Shown here in pieces: positions 7,836-14,861 of a stretch of 40,859 nucleotides of DNA. The position numbers were made by a program, and so were the translations under genes. Below the pieces are notes generated by a model. That model was not told the origin of the DNA. It saw only the letters and a program-made list of their open reading frames with translations, and ran no database searches. The first letter of the stretch is position 1. The number at the start of each line of letters is the position of its first letter. Source of the DNA: Acidobacteriota bacterium (GTDB lineage Bacteria > Acidobacteriota > Thermoanaerobaculia > Multivoradales > J023); the NCBI GenBank assembly GCA_039027015.1, contig JBCCLG010000002.1, forward strand, positions 1 to 40,859. Direction: 5' to 3'.

Positions 7836-8795
7836 TCAGGCTACGGATTCGTCCCGCCAGCGGCGGTGCCCCCACCCGTATTGGTCGGGATCGCGCCGGA
7901 TGACCTCCTCGAGGTAGCCGTGGAGGCGGTCCAGGATGGCGCGCACGTCGTCCTTTTTCTTACCGGTGGCCGGATGCTCGATCAGCGGCGAGGTCTCGAG
8001 CACAAAGCGCATCGGGCCGACCCGCCGGCATGAGGCAAAGCAGAGCGGCGTGCGGGTCACCAGGTGCAGCATGGCCGCCGTGGTGTGGGTGGAGGCCGGC
8101 CGGCCGAAGAACGGCGCGCTCACGCCGCCGGTGTGGGCGTGCTGATCCATCAGCAGAGCCAGAATCTCGCCGCTCTCCAGCACGCTCAAGAAGCGCCGCG
8201 GATCGGCGGCGTATTTGGGGATCGGCCGAAACCGATAGCGCCCCTTGCGCTTGTGGAGCAGGGCGTCGACCCGCGGATTGTTCATCTCCCGGGTGATCCC
8301 CGCCACAGGCTTCCAGCGCGACAGGCGGTGGGCGGCGATCTCCCAATTGCCGAAGTGCCCGGAGGCCATGATCAGGCCGCGGCTCGGATCCTCCAGGACC
8401 TCGAGCACGTCGGGCGCGATCTCGAGCCGGCACAGCTCGTCGGCGCGGTCGCTTTCGAGCACCGCCGACGACTTCAGGGACTCGATGATCACCTGGCCGA
8501 AATGCTGGGCCGAGAGTCGCGAGAGCCGCCGCGCCGCCCGGCGGTCGGTTTCGACTCCGGCCGCCAGGATGTTCTCGACGGCGACCCGGCGACGCCGGCC
8601 GTCGAGGGCCCACCAAACCGTCGCCAGGCCGCGGGCCGCGGAGCACGCGCCGGCGGGCGGCAGAGCGTCGACCCCGGCCAGCACGCCGCGCAGCAGGAGG
8701 TATTCGAGCAGGTGCCGGGTCCGGCCGCCCGGGCGCCTGGGCGAAGCTTCCCGGGCCGCCGACTCCGGCGCGGCGCCCCGGGGAGGGGCGGTCAC
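7836..8795 (-). CDS. LpxL/HtrB-family (lipid A biosynthesis) acyltransferase
   Basis: SGHFGNWEI (the H-x4-[DE] acyltransferase motif as seen in LpxL) and C-terminal PDQYGWGHRRWR (compare PEQYLWxHRRWK). The GTG start forms a GTGA overlap with the ACP stop. Confidence 0.85.
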   Translation of the reverse strand: MTAPPRGAAPESAAREASPRRPGGRTRHLLEYLLLRGVLAGVDALPPAGACSAARGLATVWWALDGRRRRVAVENILAAGVETDRRAARRLSRLSAQHFGQVIIESLKSSAVLESDRADELCRLEIAPDVLEVLEDPSRGLIMASGHFGNWEIAAHRLSRWKPVAGITREMNNPRVDALLHKRKGRYRFRPIPKYAADPRRFLSVLESGEILALLMDQHAHTGGVSAPFFGRPASTHTTAAMLHLVTRTPLCFASCRRVGPMRFVLETSPLIEHPATGKKKDDVRAILDRLHGYLEEVIRRDPDQYGWGHRRWRDESVA

Positions 8796-9058
8796 GCTTT
8801 CTGGCGCTCCACCAGCAGATCCGCGAACTCGCCGAGGGTGCGCAGATCGATCACCTCGGACGCCTCGAGGGGCACGCCGAACTCCTGATCGACGTCGTAG
8901 AGCAGATCGAGGATGCTGAGCGAGTCGATGCCGATCTCCTCGAAGGTGGTCTCGCGCGTGATGGAGCTCCAGTCGTACTCCTCGGTCGAGCTTTCCTCGA
9001 GCAGGGCGCGCATACGCGCCATGATCTGGTCGTTGCCGCCGTCGCTGCTGGTGCTCAT
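8792..9058 (-). CDS. Acyl carrier protein
   Basis: 88 aa. GIDSLSILDL contains the DSL phosphopantetheine attachment motif. GGAGAG lies upstream, and the gene starts 4 nt after the KAS stop. Confidence 0.85.
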   Translation of the reverse strand: MSTSSDGGNDQIMARMRALLEESSTEEYDWSSITRETTFEEIGIDSLSILDLLYDVDQEFGVPLEASEVIDLRTLGEFADLLVERQKA

Positions 9059-9062
9059 CTCG

Positions 9063-10307
9063 TCACTCTCCGTCGGGGCCCCGGACGATCAGCACACCGT
9101 TGCCGCCGCCGAAGCCGAAGCTGTTTTTCATCGCCCAGGGCGAGTGTATCTCGCGGGACTCGGCGCCCACCAGATCGATGCCGCCGCACGCCGGGTCGGG
9201 GCGCTCGAGGTTGAGATTGGGGGGCAGGGTGCGGTGCTCGAGGCTGAGCAGGGTGGTGATGGTCTCGAGGGCCCCAGAGGCCCCCAGGGTGTGGCCGAAA
9301 TAGCTCTTGTGGGCGCACACCGGCACGCGGGAGGCGGCGTCTCCCAGGACCTCGCGAATCGATCGGCTCTCGCATTCGTCGTTGGCCTCGGTGGCCGTGC
9401 CGGGGGCGTTGACGACCGCCAGATCCGACGGCTCCACGGCGGCCTCCTCGAGGGCCTGGCGCATGGCCCGGGCCTGCCCCGCGGCGCTCGGGCTGGTGCG
9501 GTGCTTGGCGTCCGAGGACTCGCCGTAGCCCGCGATCTCGCCGCGGATCCGGGCGCCGCGGCGCTCCGCCACGTCCCGGGCCTCGAGCACCAGGGCGCCG
9601 GCGCCCTCGCCGAGCACGCAGCCGGCGCGATCGGCGTCGAAGGGGCGGCACGCGGTCTCGGGATCGGGCAGGGTGGAAAGCACCCCGAGGTTGTTCCACA
9701 CGCCGTAGAAAAAGGGGTCGAAAAATCCCTCGGCGCCGCCGCACAGAACGGTGTCGGCATAGCCGTCGCGGATCATGCGCGCCGCCGCGCCGATCGCGTT
9801 GGTGGCCGAGGTGCAGGCCGAGACCACCATGTAGTTGGTCCCGACGAGCCGATATTGCAGCGAGAGCCCCGAGGAGATGGCGTTGTACATGCACTTCGGC
9901 ACGGTGGTCGGCCGCAGACCGCGCACGCCGCGCTTGGCGAAGGCGGTGAACGCCGTGTGGTGACTCTCGGCGGAGCCCACGCCGCTGCCGAAAATCACCG
10001 CCACGTCCTGGGGCTCGTAGGGCGGCTCGCCGTCGATCAGCCCCGACTGACGCAGGGCGCTGTCGCCGGCGATCATCGCCAGGTCGAGGGCGCGGTCGAT
10101 CGACCGACGGCCCATGGCGCTGAGCCGGCTCGAGACCTCTTCCGAATCGACCTCGGCGCCGATCGACACGCGGTAGCCGGTGGTGTCCAAAAGAGAGATT
10201 TCGCCGATCCCGCCGCGCCCGGCCATCAGGCGCTCCCACACGGTCTCCTCCTCGAGCCCGATGGCGCTCGCCATGCCGAGGCCCGTTACCGCCACGCGTC
10301 TTTTCAT
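9063..10307 (-). CDS. Beta-ketoacyl-ACP synthase II-like (FabF family) with a non-canonical triad
   Basis: SACTSATNAIG (active-site Cys), KSYFGHTLGASG (second His) and NSFGFGGGN are present. The position of the first catalytic His reads VNAPGTAT (Pro, codon CCC at 9404-9402). Confidence 0.9.
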   Translation of the reverse strand: MKRRVAVTGLGMASAIGLEEETVWERLMAGRGGIGEISLLDTTGYRVSIGAEVDSEEVSSRLSAMGRRSIDRALDLAMIAGDSALRQSGLIDGEPPYEPQDVAVIFGSGVGSAESHHTAFTAFAKRGVRGLRPTTVPKCMYNAISSGLSLQYRLVGTNYMVVSACTSATNAIGAAARMIRDGYADTVLCGGAEGFFDPFFYGVWNNLGVLSTLPDPETACRPFDADRAGCVLGEGAGALVLEARDVAERRGARIRGEIAGYGESSDAKHRTSPSAAGQARAMRQALEEAAVEPSDLAVVNAPGTATEANDECESRSIREVLGDAASRVPVCAHKSYFGHTLGASGALETITTLLSLEHRTLPPNLNLERPDPACGGIDLVGAESREIHSPWAMKNSFGFGGGNGVLIVRGPDGE

Positions 10308-10346
10308 GTCATAAATCTTTCTTGCGATCGATTCCGGCCTTCCGGG

Positions 10347-11195
10347 CTACCCGTGCATGAAGAGGCCCCCATCCACGTGCAGCACCTGGCCGGTCATATA
10401 GGACGACTCGTCGGACAGCAGAAACGCGACCGCCTTCGCCACCTCCGCCGGATCGCCGAGGCGGCCGGCGGGAATGGCCAGCCGCTTGCGGTTGTCCTCG
10501 GACAGCGCGGCGGTCATCTCCGTTTCGATATACCCCGGGGAGACCGCGTTGCAGCGGATTCCGAAGCGCGCCGCCTCGAGCGCGAGGCTCCGCGTCAGGC
10601 TCACCAGCCCCGCCTTCGAGGCCGCGTAGTCGGCGCCCATCATGCGTCCCGGGCCGTGGGCGGCGAGCGACGCCATGTTGACGATCGAGCCGCGCCGCGC
10701 GCGCCGCATGGGGCCGCTGTAGGCTTCCTGGGCGGCGCAAAAGGCCGCCTCCAGGTTGAGCGCCTGGGTGGCGCGCCAGCCCTCGAGATCGAGGCCGCGG
10801 AACGCCTTGGCGCGCCCGCCCCCGGCGTTGTTCACCAGGCCATCGAGCCGGCCGCAGCGCGCCACCGTTTGGCGCACCAGCTCGCGGGCGGCCTCCGGGT
10901 CGGCGAGGTCCGCGGCCAAGGCCACCGCGCGCCGCGGATGAATCTCGGCACACGCCTCCTCGACCTTGGCCAGATCGCGGCCCTGAACGCCCACCGTGGC
11001 GCCCCGCGCGACCAGCAGCTCGGCGATCGCGCGGCCGATGCCGCGGGTCGAGCCGGTGACCAGAAAAACTCGATCGCGAAAGACCTCGCCGGAGCGCTCG
11101 GATCCCGCGTCCGCGAGACTCTCCGGGGCTTCGGGATTCGAGGCGGACGGCGAAGGCGGGGTTTGGCTCTGACTTTGAGGGGGAGCGTCATGCAT
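10347..11195 (-). CDS. SDR-family 3-oxoacyl-ACP reductase-like protein with a low-complexity N-terminal extension
   Basis: VTGSTRGIGRAIA (TGxxxGIG), NNAG, YAASKAG (YxxxK). The ATG at 11195 (MHDAPPQ...) avoids overlap with the upstream kinase gene. The track's 11333 start would overlap it by 59 nt. Confidence 0.85.
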   Translation of the reverse strand: MHDAPPQSQSQTPPSPSASNPEAPESLADAGSERSGEVFRDRVFLVTGSTRGIGRAIAELLVARGATVGVQGRDLAKVEEACAEIHPRRAVALAADLADPEAARELVRQTVARCGRLDGLVNNAGGGRAKAFRGLDLEGWRATQALNLEAAFCAAQEAYSGPMRRARRGSIVNMASLAAHGPGRMMGADYAASKAGLVSLTRSLALEAARFGIRCNAVSPGYIETEMTAALSEDNRKRLAIPAGRLGDPAEVAKAVAFLLSDESSYMTGQVLHVDGGLFMHG

Positions 11196-11234
11196 CGGGC
11201 GGTTCCTCAGGGCTCCTCGCGGCTCCTCACGGGG

Positions 11235-11256
11235 CGCGGCGGCGGCGGCGGCGGCG
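11235..11256. repeat. (CGG/GCG)n trinucleotide run, about 7 units
   Basis: gcggcggcggcggcggcggcg read directly from the sequence. It lies in the 79-nt gap between the kinase stop (11275) and the SDR start (11195). Confidence 0.85.
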
Positions 11257-11274
11257 ATTTTACCAGCCGCTCGA

Positions 11275-12735
11275 TCAGGCGGCGACGAGGGGCAGACGCA
11301 CGGTGAAAACCGTGCGCCCCGGCTCCGATTCAAAGTCGATCTGGCCGCGGTGCTGCAGCACGATGCGCTGGGCGATATCGAGCCCCAGGCCCGTTCCTTC
11401 GCCCACGCCCTTGGAGGTGACGAAGGGCTCGAAGAGGTGATCGCGCACCTCCTCGGGAATGCCCGCCCCGTCGTCGATGATGCGGATAAAGGCGGAGCAG
11501 GAGTCGTGCTCGGTCTCGATCGCGATCAGGCCGCCCTCGTCCAGGGCGTCGATCGCGTTGTCGATCAGGTTGGTCCACACCTGGTTGATATCGCTGGGAA
11601 AGACCGGCACCGGGGGCAGATCGGCGGCGTAGCGCTTCTCGACGCGCACCGACTTTTTACGCAGCGGATAGCCCAGCATGGTCAGCGTTTCGTCGAGCCC
11701 GAGGTGCACGTCCGAGGGGGTCTTCTCCGGGGTTTGGTCCATGTGGGAGTACGACTTGACCGACTGCACCAGGGTGCTGATGCGCTGCGCGGCCGTTCTC
11801 ACCTCCGAGAGCAGCTGGGAGGCCTCCAGGCCGCCGGCCACCCACTCGGCGGCGGCGCGGACCGCGTCGTGCGGAATCCCGGCGCAGGCCGCCCGCAGAT
11901 CGTCCGCGTCGAGACCCGCGTCCACAAAAGCCTCGGCGAGCAGAAAACCGTCTTCGGCGCCGCTCTCCTCCAGCCAGTCGGCCAGCTCGTCCTCCCGCTC
12001 TCCGCGCTCGATGGGGGAAAGCGCGGGCGCAGGGGCTTTCTCCTCACCCGGGGCCGCAGCGCCCGACGCCGCCGAGCGCAGGTCCACCAGGCGGCCCACC
12101 GCGTCCGCATCGAGGCCGAGCCGGACCAGGTCGACGATGCGCCCGTTGGAGCGAGCGAGGCCGTCGCTCAGATTCGAAGCCGCGCGCGCCACCGCGGCCG
12201 CCGGGTTGTTCAGCTCGTGGGCCAGTCCCGCGGAGAGCTTACCGAGGGCCATCATTTTCTCCCGCTGCTGCTCGAGCCGAGTGCCCTCGCGCACGCGGTC
12301 GGACATCAGGGCCACCAGCCGGTAGCCCAGCTCGGGAATCTTGTGCAGCACATCCGCGAAATGGCGGCGATCGATGCGCAGGGCGCGGGTCGGCCCCAGG
12401 GCCAGGGCTTTGCCGCGCCAGGTCTCCATGCGCGAGTAGGGAAGCAGGCCGATGACGCCACCCCAGCGGTCGCTGGTCACCCGCGTGGTCTGACCCATCA
12501 GCTCGAAGAGCAGCTGAACCCGGCCCGAGAGCACCACGAACATGGCGTCGGCCACCTGGCCCTCCCGCCACAGCACTTCGCCGTCCTCGAGATCCAGGCA
12601 CTCGGCGTAGTCGAGCACCCACTCCAGCTGATCGGCCTCGAGGTCGCCGAAGATATCGACGCTGGAAAGGTCCTCCGCGCACAGTCGCATGCTGCTGATG
12701 CCGCCCTCGGGGGCGTCGGCCGCGTCCGGGCTCAT
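11275..12735 (-). CDS. Cyclic-nucleotide-binding-domain sensor histidine kinase (cytoplasmic)
   Basis: ATG at 12735 with GGAGG upstream and an ATGA overlap with the preceding gene. The N-terminal cNMP-binding-like beta-barrel reads IFGDLEADQLEWV...VVLSGRV. HisKA is SAGLAHELNNP. The HATPase N/G boxes are NLIDNAIDA, DDGAGIP and GTGLGL. Confidence 0.9.
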   Translation of the reverse strand: MSPDAADAPEGGISSMRLCAEDLSSVDIFGDLEADQLEWVLDYAECLDLEDGEVLWREGQVADAMFVVLSGRVQLLFELMGQTTRVTSDRWGGVIGLLPYSRMETWRGKALALGPTRALRIDRRHFADVLHKIPELGYRLVALMSDRVREGTRLEQQREKMMALGKLSAGLAHELNNPAAAVARAASNLSDGLARSNGRIVDLVRLGLDADAVGRLVDLRSAASGAAAPGEEKAPAPALSPIERGEREDELADWLEESGAEDGFLLAEAFVDAGLDADDLRAACAGIPHDAVRAAAEWVAGGLEASQLLSEVRTAAQRISTLVQSVKSYSHMDQTPEKTPSDVHLGLDETLTMLGYPLRKKSVRVEKRYAADLPPVPVFPSDINQVWTNLIDNAIDALDEGGLIAIETEHDSCSAFIRIIDDGAGIPEEVRDHLFEPFVTSKGVGEGTGLGLDIAQRIVLQHRGQIDFESEPGRTVFTVRLPLVAA

Positions 12736-14861
12736 GACGGATCCTCCTTCTCGGTCTCGGGTCCTCCGAGCTTCTTCTCGTGGAGATAGCACCAGCCCCA
12801 ATCCTCTCCCGGCTCGAGGGACTTCATGACCGCGTGGCCGGTGGCGTGGAAATGGGCCGTGGCGTGGCGGTTCGGGGAGCTGTCGCAGCAGCCCACGTAG
12901 CCGCACACCAGGCAGACGCGCAGATGCACCCAGCGATCTCCGGTCTCGAGGCAGTCCTGACAGCCGGCGGAGGCGGGCAGCACCGGCTCGAGGCCCTCGG
13001 TGTGCTCGCATCCCTCGCCGCTCAGGGAAACCGGCGCTTCGGGATCGAAGGACACGGCCGGCGCCGCGTCCTGGAGCAGCGAACCGGCGGCCGCCGCGGA
13101 GTCGAGGCGGCCGCGCTCCGCGAGGCGCCGCACGCTCGCCACGTGCTCCACCACCGCTTCCTCGCTGGCGCCGTAGGTCAACATCACCTCCGAGCACAGG
13201 CGCAGGGTCGACTCGAGATCGTCGGCTGCCACGCTGTCGGCCCCGGCCTCTGCGAGGGTCTTGGCGTCGCGGGTCGAGCGGGTGCGCACCAAAATTTTGA
13301 GCTCCGGCGCCAGGCCCCGAGCCACCGCGGCCACGGCCTCGGCCTTGGCAGGCTCGTCGTCGGCCACCACCATCAGCCGCGCCCGGCCGATGCCGGCGTG
13401 GCGCAGGGTCTCCGCGCTGCCGTTGTCGCCGCGCAGAACGGCCATGCCGAGCTTCTCCGCTTCATCGGCGCCAAAAGGGCTTAGGGTGACGATCAGAAAC
13501 GGGATCTCCTGGCTGGCCAAAGCCTTGGTCAGCCGCTGCGCCGAGGCCGCGTAGCCGGCGACGATCACGTGATCGCGAAGTTCGGCCAGAGCCTCCTCAT
13601 CCACCGGCGGCAGCTCTTCGGGATCGAGCGCCTCCTGGCGGCCTTCGACCCGGTCGAGGCGCGCCCCGAGCTTGGCGAGCAGGGGCGTTACGACCATCAG
13701 CACCACCGTGGCGGCGACGAAAATCTGTGAGCCCCCCGCCTCCATGCCGAAGGGCGTTAAGCCCAGGTCGCGGCCGGCGCGCTCGAGAACGAAGGAGAAC
13801 TCCCCCACCTGCGCCAGCATCAGGCCGCTGCCGAGGGCCGCGGGCAGAGGCTGCCGCAGGGCCAGGGCCGCTCCCGTGGTGGTGAGGATCTTGAGCGCCA
13901 GCACCGCCAGCAGGGTGAGCAGCACCGGCATCGGGTTGGCGAAAAGATAAGACAGGTCGAGCAGCATGCCCACGGACACGAAGAAGACGGCGCTGAAGAG
14001 AATCTGCAGCGGCAGAATCTCGGTGAGCGCGTGGTGGCTGAACCGGCTCTCGCTCACCACCAGCCCGGCCAGAAAAGCCCCCAGGGAAACGCTCACCCCG
14101 GCCAGGCTCGAGAGATAGGCCGTGCCGAGGCAGATCGCGATGATGGTCAGCAGGAAGACCTCCTGAGAGCAGGCGAGCGCCACCTTCTCGAGCAGGGGCG
14201 GCATGATCCGGCGCGCGGCGAGCAGCACCACGGCGATCAGCAGGCCCGCGCTGCCGAGGGCCTTGGCCACGTCGGCCGCGTCGCCGCCGGTGCCCGCCAG
14301 CGTCGGCAGCAGCAGCACCATGGCGATGATGCCGAGGTCCTGAAAGATGAGAAAGGCCACCGACAGACGGCCCCTGGGCGTGGCGGTGGCGGCCTCGTCG
14401 GCCAGCAGCTTGACGACGATGGCGGTCGAGCTGAGCGCGATCAAGAAGCCCGTGAACACGCCGCTCTGCCAGGAGGCGCCGGTGGCGACCATGGCGCCGG
14501 TGGTGATCACCGTCACCAGGGTCACCTGCAGACCGCCGCCGCCGAAAATCAGCCCCTTGATGCGGCTCAGCTTCTCGAGGCTGAACTCGATGCCGATCGT
14601 GAAGAGCAGCAGCATCACGCCCAGCTCGGCGGCCTGATCGATGAGGGATTGATTGGTGATCAGGCCGAGGGCGTTGGGCCCCAGCAGCACCCCGGCCGCC
14701 AGGAATCCGACGATCGGCACCAGGCCCAGGCGCGAGCACAGATAGGCGATGGCGGCGCCCGCCACCAGCAGGCAGACCGCCTCGAAGAGAAAGGGCGGCG
14801 CGGCGGCGGCGAGCAGACTCTCGATTCCGGCCAAGGCTGGGCCCAGGAGGGTGGCTGTCAT
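12732..14861 (-). CDS. CPA2 (Kef-type) cation:proton antiporter with an RCK/TrkA-N-like domain and a C-terminal UBP-type zinc finger
   Basis: ATG at 14861 (MTATLLGP...) shares 1 nt with the upstream stop (TGATG). The multi-TM Na/H-exchanger-like region includes LGVMLLLFTIGIEFS and VFLIFQDLGIIAM. The RCK-like segment is HVIVAGYAAS...LMVVADDE. The C-terminus CQDCLETGDRWVHLRVCLVCGYVGCCDSSPNRHATAHFHATGH is a ZnF-UBP signature. Confidence 0.9.
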   Translation of the reverse strand: MTATLLGPALAGIESLLAAAAPPFLFEAVCLLVAGAAIAYLCSRLGLVPIVGFLAAGVLLGPNALGLITNQSLIDQAAELGVMLLLFTIGIEFSLEKLSRIKGLIFGGGGLQVTLVTVITTGAMVATGASWQSGVFTGFLIALSSTAIVVKLLADEAATATPRGRLSVAFLIFQDLGIIAMVLLLPTLAGTGGDAADVAKALGSAGLLIAVVLLAARRIMPPLLEKVALACSQEVFLLTIIAICLGTAYLSSLAGVSVSLGAFLAGLVVSESRFSHHALTEILPLQILFSAVFFVSVGMLLDLSYLFANPMPVLLTLLAVLALKILTTTGAALALRQPLPAALGSGLMLAQVGEFSFVLERAGRDLGLTPFGMEAGGSQIFVAATVVLMVVTPLLAKLGARLDRVEGRQEALDPEELPPVDEEALAELRDHVIVAGYAASAQRLTKALASQEIPFLIVTLSPFGADEAEKLGMAVLRGDNGSAETLRHAGIGRARLMVVADDEPAKAEAVAAVARGLAPELKILVRTRSTRDAKTLAEAGADSVAADDLESTLRLCSEVMLTYGASEEAVVEHVASVRRLAERGRLDSAAAAGSLLQDAAPAVSFDPEAPVSLSGEGCEHTEGLEPVLPASAGCQDCLETGDRWVHLRVCLVCGYVGCCDSSPNRHATAHFHATGHAVMKSLEPGEDWGWCYLHEKKLGGPETEKEDPS

